In this document: positions 1 through 9,884 of the stretch, piece after piece
Numbering within the stretch: position 1 is the stretch's first letter
Layout of the letters: each line of letters opens with the position of its first letter
Source of the DNA: a virus
Taxonomy: Duplodnaviria > Caudoviricetes
DNA length: 53,046 nucleotides
Reading direction: 5' to 3' (one strand)
IMG/VR virus record: IMGVR_UViG_3300043112_000103
Coordinates: 1-53,046 of that record
Position numbers and translations under genes: made by a program
Notes under the pieces: model-generated
Told to the model about the DNA's origin: nothing
The model's input: only the letters and a program-made list of their open reading frames with translations
Databases searched by the model: none

Positions 1-152
1 GCGGGCCAGCTATTAAAAAGGTTGCAGGTTCAGTCGCACCTTTCGGACAGAAGTTTGAAGTCAACAAAGCACTCTTAAATAAGATTTTCAATCCAAGAAA
101 CGATAATGAATTGAAAAGAAATTTAAGACAAATTCTCGACGAAAGTGCAAGA
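1..152. repeat. Terminal direct repeat (left copy), circular-assembly overlap
   Basis: Identical to 52895-53046 except G127 vs A53021; lies inside the capsid gene. Confidence 0.95.
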
Positions 153-830
153 AACGTTCGTTCCGCACAATCCCGTCGTGAATGGTTACGCTGGCAGGTG
201 CTGGCAAAAGGTGCAATCACGTTCAAGGACGAAGCAGAAAATGCAAGATTAGCAGTTGACTTTGGAGTTCCTTCAAATCACAAAATTGCTTCCAGTGCAT
301 TAGAAGGCGACGCTTGGGACGGAACTGCACCAAAACCGTTAAGCGATTTAATTAGTGCTTGCGAAACTTATTACGATACTAATAAAGAAATGCCTACTAA
401 TATCGTAATGAGAAGACAGGAGCTTAGAAAACTGACAGGCTCCGCAGAAGTTGCAAGCGAATTTTCCGATAACGCCACTAGAATTACACTTTCAGTAATT
501 AACGATTACTTGGTTAGCTTAGGTTACCCGGAAGTAATGGTTTATGATGAATTTGTGAAACTAGAGGACGCAAAGGGAAGACCAACTAATACTGAATACT
601 TTATTCCGGAAGGCCGAGTTGTACTTGTGAAGCAAGCGGCCGGACAGGAAATTGAAGATACTGGCCGTCTAGTAATGGGGCCGGTTGCTGAAAACGACTT
701 CAATCCCGGAATTTTCACAACAATATTCGAGGAAAATGACCCTCGTAAATACTGGCACTTTATGAAAACTGAAATGTGGCCAGCGGTTTACAATCCAGAG
801 TATGTATTCTATATGGACGTACTTGCGTAA
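1..830 (+). CDS. Major capsid protein (lambda gpE-like family), 3' part
   Basis: R-R-E-W-L-R-W-Q-V-L..G, VDFGVP..H, W...A.PL.D features typical of gpE-like capsids; synteny. Confidence 0.85.
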   Translation, partial: GPAIKKVAGSVAPFGQKFEVNKALLNKIFNPRNDNELKRNLRQILDESARNVRSAQSRREWLRWQVLAKGAITFKDEAENARLAVDFGVPSNHKIASSALEGDAWDGTAPKPLSDLISACETYYDTNKEMPTNIVMRRQELRKLTGSAEVASEFSDNATRITLSVINDYLVSLGYPEVMVYDEFVKLEDAKGRPTNTEYFIPEGRVVLVKQAAGQEIEDTGRLVMGPVAENDFNPGIFTTIFEENDPRKYWHFMKTEMWPAVYNPEYVFYMDVLA

Positions 831-843
831 TATTGGAAAACTA

Positions 844-886
844 AGGCCCTCGCTGATACGTAATGTTCGTGAGGGTCTATTTTTTT
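844..886 (+). terminator. Intrinsic terminator after capsid gene
   Basis: AGGCCCTCGC...GTGAGGGTCT stem then T-run. Confidence 0.65.
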
Positions 887-903
887 AGAAAGTTGGTGAA
901 ATT

Positions 904-1281
904 ATGAAAAAATCTGATAAAAAAGAAGTAAAAGTTGCTGAAAAGGAAGCTGAAAAGAAGGTTGACAAAAAGACCGTTGAAAAAGAAGTTGAAGTTGGCG
1001 AAGACAAAGTGAAAGTTAAAGCTGTTTGGACTGTTGGATATCCGGCGGGAGAGAATAAGAAAATTTATTCTGACGGACAGATTTTCAAAGCGGATATTAA
1101 ATGGGCAAGGGAACAGGCCCGGGAAGGTAAAGTCGAAATCCTAGAGGAAGCAAAGGCCAAGACTATTGACGAACTTCTAGAAATGTATAAGGCAGAATAC
1201 GGTTGGTATTCAATCCCGGGAATTGAAAAGAATGTGAGAAAAGAAGAAGCGGTAGAGATTTTAAAAGAGAAGAAGGGATAA
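904..1281 (+). CDS. Charged capsid-adjacent hypothetical protein
   Basis: 125-aa ORF between capsid and head-tail adaptor. Confidence 0.6.
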   Translation: MKKSDKKEVKVAEKEAEKKVDKKTVEKEVEVGEDKVKVKAVWTVGYPAGENKKIYSDGQIFKADIKWAREQAREGKVEILEEAKAKTIDELLEMYKAEYGWYSIPGIEKNVRKEEAVEILKEKKG

Positions 1282-1282
1282 T

Positions 1283-1648
1283 ATGCCTACTTTAAGCGAA
1301 GCGGAAAGATATTATTCTGAAAGGCTGTGGACTGAAAACTGGGAAGACGCAAACGAAAATACTAGAAAAACTGCGTTGGCCCACGCTAAAAAAGATATAG
1401 ATAATTTGAGTTCCAGTTCTAAATTCTCCACAGAGGATTATAAAAAGGCCGTATTTGAGCAGGCAATTTTCTTGCTTGACTTAGGCCCGGAAGACTTGAA
1501 AAGGCTTAGCTTGCAGGCACAGGGCGTTAAGAGCATTAGTCTAGATAAGTCGGTCAGCGAGAATTACGTAATAAACGGAACAGCTTATGCTCCGGCAATA
1601 ATGCACTTGAAAGAAAAATATAAACTTCAAGTTGGTGATTTGTTATGA
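1283..1648 (+). CDS. Head-tail adaptor
   Basis: AE.YY..R...W...AL..A...ID...KAVFEQA...QGVKS pattern; synteny. Confidence 0.7.
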   Translation: MPTLSEAERYYSERLWTENWEDANENTRKTALAHAKKDIDNLSSSSKFSTEDYKKAVFEQAIFLLDLGPEDLKRLSLQAQGVKSISLDKSVSENYVINGTAYAPAIMHLKEKYKLQVGDLL

Positions 1649-1956
1649 TAAGAAGCTATTTCAATGCGGAAGCCGAATCTATCAAATTAAATACTGGCCC
1701 GGACGGTTACGGCGACGCAGAACTTTCAGAAATTGCAACAGGGGTCAGTTGCCGCAAAATGAAAATTGATGAATTAAAAAAAGATAATAAAGGAAAAGAA
1801 GTAATCTCTACTGTGGAAGTTTGGCTTCCCGGAGGCATTCAGAGGCTTACTACTGAAAGTGAAATAGTGTTCGAAGGTGAAAGTTTCAAAGTGATTTCCT
1901 CGCAATTTGTATCCGGTCTTATATCAGACAGTTTTCAGAAGGTGTTCTTAAAATGA
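1645..1956 (+). CDS. Head closure protein
   Basis: DGYG motif, beta-rich 103 aa, synteny. Confidence 0.6.
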   Translation: MIRSYFNAEAESIKLNTGPDGYGDAELSEIATGVSCRKMKIDELKKDNKGKEVISTVEVWLPGGIQRLTTESEIVFEGESFKVISSQFVSGLISDSFQKVFLK

Positions 1957-2450
1957 AAGGCGATAATCTTTTCGAAATGAACGTCGAGGAAATGGAAGAA
2001 GATATAAAGAAGGTACAAAAAGCATTTGAACAGGCAGAGGAAGCCGCTTTAAAAGCAATACAAAATGAGATTGCTTCAATTACTTTCGATTTACTCGGTG
2101 AGGGAATGCGACGTGCTCCAATATATCAAGGTTATCTTCGTGGAAGCGGGATTGCTAAATTGAACGGGAAGCAGACAGCACACACAGAGAGTTCCGGAAA
2201 AGGTGATGCTAAAATTGTGAAGGATTTCAAGGCCGGAAATATCAGCCTGCAAACTCTTGTGAATAAGTTAATGGGCGAAATTGCTTTTACAGCAGGATAC
2301 GCAACAACCCAGCACGAAAACCAAGAGTTCAAGCACCCAAAAGGTGGGGAAGCAAAGTATTTAGAAAATCCTTTAAAGGAAAAATATCCCTTATATATGA
2401 CAGAAATTGTAAAAGCTATTGAGAATGCTCTTGATAAAGGAGGACTGTAA
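1953..2450 (+). CDS. HK97 gp10-like tail completion protein
   Basis: API..G.LR.S, YA..QHE and HP.GG.AKYLE.P motifs. Confidence 0.8.
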   Translation: MKGDNLFEMNVEEMEEDIKKVQKAFEQAEEAALKAIQNEIASITFDLLGEGMRRAPIYQGYLRGSGIAKLNGKQTAHTESSGKGDAKIVKDFKAGNISLQTLVNKLMGEIAFTAGYATTQHENQEFKHPKGGEAKYLENPLKEKYPLYMTEIVKAIENALDKGGL

Positions 2451-2834
2451 ATGTCTTTTCACAAAGAAATTATAAATGAGCTTGAAAGAAATAATGTCGG
2501 AACATTCGGCGATAATCTATTTTTGGGGTCAAGTCCTTCTATCGATTCAGAGCATCTGACTGTCTATAATACAGGCGGGCCAACTCCGGAAAAAGACCAA
2601 ACCAAAGTTCTTACATTTCAGTTCATAACTAAGGCTGAAAAATATGTGGACGCAGAGGAATTAATGAAAAAAGCTGATGAAGTTGTGCGTGAAAGGTACA
2701 ATTTCTTTTTAGGGCCGTATCGAGTTTTGCTAATGGAAGCACAGGGCGAGTTCGGTCATATAGGAACAGACGATAATGACAAGCATTTATTTAGTTCAAA
2801 TTATAGTGCTTGGGTAAGAAAATTAAATTATTAG
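2451..2834 (+). CDS. Tail terminator (minor capsid-like family)
   Basis: G..G..LFLG..P, TGG..P, IG.D.N....FS.N pattern; precedes major tail. Confidence 0.7.
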   Translation: MSFHKEIINELERNNVGTFGDNLFLGSSPSIDSEHLTVYNTGGPTPEKDQTKVLTFQFITKAEKYVDAEELMKKADEVVRERYNFFLGPYRVLLMEAQGEFGHIGTDDNDKHLFSSNYSAWVRKLNY

Positions 2835-2848
2835 AGAGGTGAGTTTTA

Positions 2849-3712
2849 ATGACTACTAAAGCAGTTAAAAATCCCGGAAATTTCACAGTCGGGGCAACAG
2901 AGATTTTTGAAGGGCCTTACGGCTGTACTAAAGAGGAAGCAAGGAATGTTGGAATAACTCAAGGTGGCGTTTCATTCAGTCAAGAAGTTTCTTTCAGAGA
3001 GTTTGACGATGCAGACCAGTATTTAGGCGTTGTGGGGATGGCTAAAATTGGCGAAAGAATGGAAATTACTTTCACGATGAAAGAAAACGTTCTAGAAAAT
3101 ATGAAATTAGCTTGGGGCCTAAGCGACGACCAAATCGACGAAGTAAACAACACTTTATTTTTTGGTGGCGACCCTTCCGTTGATTATAAAACTTTATTTA
3201 TGGACGGCCCAGCACCCGGCGGGGGTCAGACAGAATATACTTTTTGGAAAATGTTTCCAATTTCAGCTTCCGAGGTAGAATATACCAAAGAGGAAAACAC
3301 AATTTATGAAGTTACAATGCTGGCAATCGAGGATATTACAAAACCGGAAAAACAGAGAATCGGAAAGAGAGTTGACGTTTATGATGATACCACTCCACCC
3401 GCTGTTAATTCTGTTGTTCCTGCTGACGACGGTGTGGATGTTGCATTAGATACAGAAATCGAGTGGGTATTCAGCGAAGATATTCAGCAAAGAGATATTA
3501 CCGCTGGAAACTTTAACGTTGTGGACGGAACAGGGACAGAAGTTGTCGGGGACTTAGCTTATAATCCCAATAACTTTACGGTAACATTCACGCCGGAAAC
3601 AGCACTCGCAAATGACACACTATATTTAGCATTTGTGTCAGCCGAGGTCAGAGATATGGCAGGCAATGAAATGGGCGAAAATCACAGAACAGCATTTACC
3701 ACAATTGCGTAA
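2849..3712 (+). CDS. Major tail protein with C-terminal Ig-like (Big_5-type) domain
   Basis: G.TQGGV tail-tube motif; C-terminal DTTPP.V..V.P.D....V....I...FSE...FTP...L....Y. Confidence 0.85.
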   Translation: MTTKAVKNPGNFTVGATEIFEGPYGCTKEEARNVGITQGGVSFSQEVSFREFDDADQYLGVVGMAKIGERMEITFTMKENVLENMKLAWGLSDDQIDEVNNTLFFGGDPSVDYKTLFMDGPAPGGGQTEYTFWKMFPISASEVEYTKEENTIYEVTMLAIEDITKPEKQRIGKRVDVYDDTTPPAVNSVVPADDGVDVALDTEIEWVFSEDIQQRDITAGNFNVVDGTGTEVVGDLAYNPNNFTVTFTPETALANDTLYLAFVSAEVRDMAGNEMGENHRTAFTTIA

Positions 3713-3732
3713 ACTTGGTTAATCAAATAAAT

Positions 3733-3765
3733 AGGGGATAGTATTTGAGCTATCCTCTTTTTTTA
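3733..3765 (+). terminator. Intrinsic terminator after major tail gene
   Basis: AGGGGATAG/CTATCCTCT stem plus T-run. Confidence 0.7.
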
Positions 3766-3781
3766 AAGGAGGATTTATTTT

Positions 3782-4183
3782 ATGAGTAAAGCTGATGATA
3801 TTTTAGTGCCAGAAATGAAAAAAGTTGCTGTGGGTCAAGAAACATTCGAAATCGGGCCAATGGTTAGAGCTAAATATGGAAAATTGATAAATGTTTTTGC
3901 AGAAATGTTGCTTGGAATGAGTAAAGAAGAACTTGACAATATTGATGAAAATATCGCTGACGTAGTCGCTTTAATAAGTGATGAAGCACTTCTGACTTTA
4001 TATGCGACCGTTCTTGACAAAGACGAGGAATGGGTGAACGATAATTTATATCTCGGGCAGGAAATTGCCTTACTTGAAACTATTCTTGAAGTAAACGACG
4101 TTGAGATGATTGTCGAAAATTTTACCAAAGTTCTAAAGAGGAAGGCGATAATTCAGAGAGCGAAGGAAAAACTAAACGGGTAA
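3782..4183 (+). CDS. Tail assembly chaperone (G-like)
   Basis: Between major tail and tape measure genes; contains slippery heptamer. Confidence 0.8.
   Translation: MSKADDILVPEMKKVAVGQETFEIGPMVRAKYGKLINVFAEMLLGMSKEELDNIDENIADVVALISDEALLTLYATVLDKDEEWVNDNLYLGQEIALLETILEVNDVEMIVENFTKVLKRKAIIQRAKEKLNG
4117..4123 (+). other. -1 programmed frameshift site A AAT TTT
   Basis: XXXYYYZ heptamer in chaperone frame; -1 frame open 4105-4482. Confidence 0.8.
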
Positions 4184-4482
4184 CAGAAATTGAAGCGATA
4201 GAAAAAATCGCCCACACTTACGGAATAACACCAACCGAGGTTATGTGGACGTATTCTAAAAAACAGATTGAAGAATTGTTTGCTGTGATACAGGATAGAG
4301 AAATAGAAGAAATAAATAGAACGTATAATATGATTAGGGTCGCAATGTCTAAAGACGCACCCGAAAAGTTTATTAGCAAAAATGCTGATACAGGGAACAA
4401 GGAAACTACTTTAGGAAGTGTGGGAATTGCTTCCGAAGAAGAACAGAAAAATCACAATCCAAACCTAAAACTTAGGAGGTGA
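4123..4482 (+). CDS. Tail assembly chaperone GT extension (by -1 frameshift)
   Basis: -1 frame reads ...IEKIAHTYGITPTEVMWTYS...; includes track ORF 4243..4482. Confidence 0.75.
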   Translation, partial: YQSSKEEGDNSESEGKTKRVTEIEAIEKIAHTYGITPTEVMWTYSKKQIEELFAVIQDREIEEINRTYNMIRVAMSKDAPEKFISKNADTGNKETTLGSVGIASEEEQKNHNPNLKLRR

Positions 4483-4486
4483 GTTT

Positions 4487-7147
4487 ATGGCTTATAATGC
4501 AGGTTCAGTCGTCACAAATTTTACAGCAGGAATAAAGGATTTTAGAGCAGGCGTAAAGACTGTGAAAAAAGATTTGCAAGGTCTTTCCAGCTCGGTAAAA
4601 AAGGCAGGAACTAAAATGAAGTCAGCGGGGGCAACAATGACTAAAGGAGTTACCGCTCCGTTACTTGCAATTACAGGTGCGGCAGTTAAATTTGGAACTG
4701 ATTTTGAGGACGCAATGACTAAATCGACTTCTATAATGGGCGACGTTTCAAGTGAAATGAGAAAAACAATGGAAGATACAGCCCGGGAAGTTGCTTTAAC
4801 AACTAGTAAATCAGCAAAAGAAGCGGCAGACAGTTATTACTATTTAGCTTCTGCTGGGTATGACGCCGAGGAAGCAATGGCGGCTTTACCAAAAGTTGCA
4901 AATTTTGCAACGGCTGGTAACTTTGATATGGCGACCGCAACTGACCTTTTGACTGACGCCCAAAGTGCGTTGGGTCTTTCCGTAGAAGATACCGCCGAAA
5001 ATATGGAAAATATGGAACGAGTTTCTGATGTACTAACGGCCGCACAGAATATGGCAAATGCTAGCACACAGCAGTTTTCAGAAGCAATGACTAATAAGGC
5101 GGGTGCAGCATTAAAAGCTGTTAATAAAGATATTGAGGAAGGTGCAGCGTTTTTATCCGTACTGGCAGATAAAGGTAAAAAAGGTTCAGAAGCGGGTGCA
5201 ATTCTTGCAAGAACTCTTGATTATTTGACCGACGCCCAACAGAAAAACGGCGACGTTTGGGAAGATATGGAAATGAGTATCTATGACAGCGAAGGCGAAA
5301 TGAAGAATATGTCAGATATAGTCTCAATGCTGGAAGGCGAACTCGCAGGAATGACTACACAGCAGAAGGACTCTACCTTAAAGCAACTTGGTTTCAACGC
5401 ACAGACTAGAAGTACAATTAAACTTTTACTCGGAAGCTCAGAGCAAATGCGGCAGTATGAATCAGATTTAAGAAACGCCGGTGGTGCTACTGATGAAGTT
5501 GCAAATAAGCAAATGCAGTCAATGAAAGAACAGCTCGGACTTGTAAAGGACGGTTTGATTGATATTGCACTTTCAATCTATGAAACTTTACAACCGGCAA
5601 TAGAAAAGTTACTTTTACCAATGTTACAGGGTATTGTAAAGGCTGTCGGGAAAGTTGCCGAATGGTTTGCGAAACTTCCCGAGCCAATTAAAATATTTGT
5701 GGGAAGTTTGACCGCTTTAGCAATTGCGATTGGCCCAGTTTTAATGGCTTTCGGAACATTTATGACTGTAATCGCTCCACTTATTCCGACAATCACCGCC
5801 GTGGGAACAGCTATTATTGGTTTAGGAGCAGGGCCGTTAGTTGCGATAGTTGCAGCTGTTATTGGTGTAATAGCAATATTTACTACTTGGAAAGAAGAAC
5901 TAATGTCGTTTTTAAAATATTTAGTTGATGTGTTTATAGGAACTTGGTTGAAACTTCCAGAGTATTTTCCACAGATTTGGGAAGATATTACTACAATAAC
6001 TAGCAATGCTTTAAAAGGTTTAAGAAATACTATGAGTGGTTTAATGAATAAAATTGTAACTGTGTTTAGTAATGCTTGGAAGGCAATTCGAACTTCCACC
6101 AAAACTATTTGGACAGGGATAAAAAATGTGTTGAGTGATATACTTGACGTAATTTTAACTTTATTTTTGAACTGGACACCAACAGGTATAATTATTAAAT
6201 ACTGGGATGAGATTCTTAGTTACACTAAAGATATTTGGGGTAAAATTAAAGATTTTATAATAAATATCTGGCAGTCTATTATGGACTTTATTGGTAATTC
6301 TGAATTTATACAAACAGTAATAAATCTTTATGATGATATGAAAATTGCTATTATAGACAGTTTTGTTGCTATGAAAGATGGTGTTGTAAATGCTTGGGAA
6401 ACAATCACAAACGCAATTACAAACTCAGCTATTTGGAAATCTGCTGTTGAAATGTTTCAAAGTTTTATAAGTGATTTTGCAGGTGCTTTTTCAAGAATAC
6501 CAACTTTAATAAAAGAAAGCTGGGGTAAAGTTATAGATTTTACTTCTGATGCTTTTAGTAATTTAGCTAAAGACATGAAAACAATGTTTAATAATGTAGT
6601 GGATTGGATACCAGGAAAAATTGGCGAGATTGTCGGTGGAATTAAAACTTTTTGGACTGATGTTTATGACTACCTTTCAAATCAGAGCTTATATTCTGTG
6701 GGTAGGAATATAATCACCAGTTTAGCTGACGGTATTAGTGCAGCAATGAGCAAAGTTGTAAATTCTGTGAAAAATGTTGCTTCGGGACTTACAGATGCTG
6801 CTAAAAAAGCATTAGGTATTGCATCTCCTTCTAAAGTATTCGCTGGAATAGGAAAAAATATTGGCGAAGGTATGGAACAGGGAATTGAAGGTAAAAAAAG
6901 GGATATTGCCGATAAAATAACACAGGTTAAAGACCTAATGACTTCTAAAATAAATGTGGAAAGTATGCAAGTAAATCCGTTAGCTGAAAAAGCTGTTGGA
7001 ACTACAAACAATTCTAGCAATATTCACAACGACTTTAGGCCAACTGTTAATTTAGGTGGCGGAAATACAGATACAGAATCAGAAAGAAGAAGACAAATGG
7101 AACAGATGTTAAGAAAACTTGGTGCACAATATAAATTGAAAGGGTGA
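4487..7147 (+). CDS. Tape measure protein (TP901-family core)
   Basis: 886 aa; DFEDAM...A..YYYLASAG core, hydrophobic segment, W/F-spaced repeats, LGIASPSKVF motif. Confidence 0.95.
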   Translation: MAYNAGSVVTNFTAGIKDFRAGVKTVKKDLQGLSSSVKKAGTKMKSAGATMTKGVTAPLLAITGAAVKFGTDFEDAMTKSTSIMGDVSSEMRKTMEDTAREVALTTSKSAKEAADSYYYLASAGYDAEEAMAALPKVANFATAGNFDMATATDLLTDAQSALGLSVEDTAENMENMERVSDVLTAAQNMANASTQQFSEAMTNKAGAALKAVNKDIEEGAAFLSVLADKGKKGSEAGAILARTLDYLTDAQQKNGDVWEDMEMSIYDSEGEMKNMSDIVSMLEGELAGMTTQQKDSTLKQLGFNAQTRSTIKLLLGSSEQMRQYESDLRNAGGATDEVANKQMQSMKEQLGLVKDGLIDIALSIYETLQPAIEKLLLPMLQGIVKAVGKVAEWFAKLPEPIKIFVGSLTALAIAIGPVLMAFGTFMTVIAPLIPTITAVGTAIIGLGAGPLVAIVAAVIGVIAIFTTWKEELMSFLKYLVDVFIGTWLKLPEYFPQIWEDITTITSNALKGLRNTMSGLMNKIVTVFSNAWKAIRTSTKTIWTGIKNVLSDILDVILTLFLNWTPTGIIIKYWDEILSYTKDIWGKIKDFIINIWQSIMDFIGNSEFIQTVINLYDDMKIAIIDSFVAMKDGVVNAWETITNAITNSAIWKSAVEMFQSFISDFAGAFSRIPTLIKESWGKVIDFTSDAFSNLAKDMKTMFNNVVDWIPGKIGEIVGGIKTFWTDVYDYLSNQSLYSVGRNIITSLADGISAAMSKVVNSVKNVASGLTDAAKKALGIASPSKVFAGIGKNIGEGMEQGIEGKKRDIADKITQVKDLMTSKINVESMQVNPLAEKAVGTTNNSSNIHNDFRPTVNLGGGNTDTESERRRQMEQMLRKLGAQYKLKG

Positions 7148-7153
7148 TTTTAA

Positions 7154-7576
7154 ATGGCAAGTTTAACAAATGATGGAGAAAAGCTGGTTTTAAATGCTGT
7201 ATTTAGAAATACCGGCTCCCTACCAGCAAATATATATTTAGGACTTGCAACTAATGCTAGAGGAAGTCTTAATGAAACAGTACAGCTTTCAGATTTAACA
7301 GAGGTTGACGACGCTGGTTATGAAAGAAAAGAAGTGATATTTACTGCTCCAGTAGAAAGTAATGATGCTTTTCAAATTGAAAATAATGCTCAAATTGAGT
7401 TCGGGCCGTGGGCAGAAGACGAGGATACTGGAATTGTATATGCTTTCTTAACTGATTCACAGACTGGGACTTCCGGAATTGTGATTGGCTTATATGAATT
7501 TACGTCAGCTAAAACACCTTTAGCGGGAGAAGCACAAATTGTAACTCAAGGAAGTTGTAAATTCAGTATTAGTTAA
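7154..7576 (+). CDS. Minor tail / fibre-associated structural protein
   Basis: YLGLAT...EV...GY.R..V.F.A...N...IEF pattern seen in tail genes. Confidence 0.65.
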   Translation: MASLTNDGEKLVLNAVFRNTGSLPANIYLGLATNARGSLNETVQLSDLTEVDDAGYERKEVIFTAPVESNDAFQIENNAQIEFGPWAEDEDTGIVYAFLTDSQTGTSGIVIGLYEFTSAKTPLAGEAQIVTQGSCKFSIS

Positions 7577-7589
7577 AGTAGGTGAAATT

Positions 7590-8393
7590 ATGTTAATTAG
7601 CTTTATAAATTCAGAGGGAGGTGTTCTAACACTCCCGGAAAATAATAAGTTTATACTGAACGACTGGGCTGGATTTGCGAACACCTCTCACTCTTTGAAA
7701 GAGAATAAAGCACCGGAACAAATAGGTACAACTATAATTAATAGGATTTTTTCTTCTCGAGTAATTGATTTGCAATTTAGAATGGTGCGTCAGAACAGGC
7801 AGAATTTATTTAATCTAAGACGGGAAGTAATTTCTAAATTAAATCCAATGTTAGGTCAAGGAAAGATTGTGTGGCAACAAAATGACGGCACAGTTTTTCA
7901 AATTAACGCTGAATTAGAAAATTTACAAATGCCTTCCGGAGATGCTCAAAGCAACACTTTCCAAGAAGTACAGGTGAGTTTTCTAGCAGAAGACCCTCGT
8001 TGGTATGATTTTGAAATTACTGAAATTGACTTACTTTTAGATTCAGAGGTTGCTTTATTAAATAATGGCGACACCAAAACCCATTGTGAAATTGAGATTA
8101 CTGGGCCGGTCAAGAATCCAAAAATATATAATTTAACCTCTGGGAAAGTCATTATAATAAATAGAGAACTGCTAGCCGGTGAAAAGGTAATTGTAAATAC
8201 AGAATTTGGCAATAAAAATATTTCTTTTATCAATGAAGACGGACAGAATCGCAGGGCAATGAGTATTCTTGATTTAGATTCTGAATTATTTTATTTAGAG
8301 AAGGGTACTAATAGTCTATTTTGTGAGGGTGCATACACGACAGAAGAAACAGATTTTAAAATAAAGTTTTACAACAGATATTTAGGAGTGTGA
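7590..8393 (+). CDS. Distal tail protein (Dit)
   Basis: LNP.LG.G, F.A.DP.WY, N.GD..T...I.I.GP..NP.I.N, F.L.KG.N, YLGV end. Confidence 0.85.
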   Translation: MLISFINSEGGVLTLPENNKFILNDWAGFANTSHSLKENKAPEQIGTTIINRIFSSRVIDLQFRMVRQNRQNLFNLRREVISKLNPMLGQGKIVWQQNDGTVFQINAELENLQMPSGDAQSNTFQEVQVSFLAEDPRWYDFEITEIDLLLDSEVALLNNGDTKTHCEIEITGPVKNPKIYNLTSGKVIIINRELLAGEKVIVNTEFGNKNISFINEDGQNRRAMSILDLDSELFYLEKGTNSLFCEGAYTTEETDFKIKFYNRYLGV

Positions 8394-9862
8394 TAAAAAT
8401 GGCTTTAGGAGACTTAAAAAAAGATTTAAACTCATTACCAATGCCTGTTTCTGTAGCAATTTCAAATAGTGGGAAATATGTAGTTGCTTTGCATGGTGGA
8501 GATATGATGGGAGCTACCAATTATTATATATATAATTTAGAAACAGATGCTCTAGAAGTTAACACAACTTTACCTTCAATAACCGGATTAAGTATAACTA
8601 TTGCTGGTACTGAAGGAAACGAAAAAGTTATTATAGGTGAATTCAATGGAAACATTCATTTTATGGATTTATCAAATATGATAACAGAAACAACAAATGT
8701 TGTTACAGATACATTTGGTGTAGCTGCTGGTAAAATACCATTAAAAATAAAAGATAATGGTTTAGATTTTAACAACCCAGATTTTAGAATTGGTGTTTCA
8801 TACGCTTCTCAAGATAACACTGATATAATGTTGTTAAATCCTTCTAACTTTAGTATCGTTAATAACGTTAGTTATACTAGTATAGATGTACCTATGATAG
8901 AAGATTTTGATTTGTTATATGATGAAACTGTATCTAAAACAACTTTAATTTATCCTGGTTATAATAATAGTACCGCCACTAATTTTTTGCAATTGATAGT
9001 TGAGAATGAAGCAATTCCTGCTCAAATTGAAATACAGAATGCTGACCTAATTAGCAGTGTTATTACTAATATGAGTACATTTAAACAAATAAAACTATAT
9101 AAAGATTCTGCTACTGGAGATAAAATTGCTAAATTATTATTATATGGTTTTGATGAGTCTGATGGAGGTCAAGATAAATATTCAGAAATCATAGATTTTA
9201 ATATAGCTTCTGAAACTATGTTGAATAGCACTACAATTACAGAAACTGCTTATAACACCGATGGACAAGTAATAAATACAGCTATATTGGACAAAGATAC
9301 AGTTATAGCTAATAAAAATGCTACTGATATTGTTGAAATACAAGACTTAAATACTGTAATTACAACTGTTACTAATATTCCAAAATTTGTAGTTTCTAAT
9401 AATAGCGAGGTATTTCTGATATTAGAAATAACTGGTTATCAAACACAAGATGAGCAAATTTCTGATGTCAAAGTTTATGAGGGTATTATTACAGCATCTG
9501 AGCCTAGCTTAACATTTCCAACAGAGGAAAATATATATTTCTTTGATGAAACGAATACTCTAATTACAGAGCTTGATGTAGGACAGCTTTCACCAATCAA
9601 AGACACAGATATTTACCCAGTGAAAATTGCAACAAATATTACAACAGATACATTTGAAAGTGTTACTTTAGGTACTACTCAAAACAACGTTAATTGCTTA
9701 ATGTCAGCAACTGAAGATCCATTTGAGAGTTTAGAGCAGATTACAATTCCGTTTACAAATGAAGACACAGTTACAATTTATTTGAAACTCTCTACTGATG
9801 AAGTACAGACTGTGGGCAGTGCTTCACTAGAATTACTTGTTGTTGGTAATTTAGCGACTTAG
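8390..9862 (+). CDS. Putative receptor-binding / baseplate protein, beta-rich and acidic
   Basis: 490 aa; propeller-like start (SVAISNSGKYVVA); AT-rich; sits between Dit and hub. Confidence 0.5.
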   Translation: MIKMALGDLKKDLNSLPMPVSVAISNSGKYVVALHGGDMMGATNYYIYNLETDALEVNTTLPSITGLSITIAGTEGNEKVIIGEFNGNIHFMDLSNMITETTNVVTDTFGVAAGKIPLKIKDNGLDFNNPDFRIGVSYASQDNTDIMLLNPSNFSIVNNVSYTSIDVPMIEDFDLLYDETVSKTTLIYPGYNNSTATNFLQLIVENEAIPAQIEIQNADLISSVITNMSTFKQIKLYKDSATGDKIAKLLLYGFDESDGGQDKYSEIIDFNIASETMLNSTTITETAYNTDGQVINTAILDKDTVIANKNATDIVEIQDLNTVITTVTNIPKFVVSNNSEVFLILEITGYQTQDEQISDVKVYEGIITASEPSLTFPTEENIYFFDETNTLITELDVGQLSPIKDTDIYPVKIATNITTDTFESVTLGTTQNNVNCLMSATEDPFESLEQITIPFTNEDTVTIYLKLSTDEVQTVGSASLELLVVGNLAT

Positions 9863-9884
9863 AAAATAGGAGGAGGAATAAGAA

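Noticed and set aside
1-152. 152-bp end repeat as a physical direct terminal repeat
   Set aside because: Falls mid-capsid gene and TerL is PBSX/SPP1-like (usually headful packaging); most likely circular-assembly overlap
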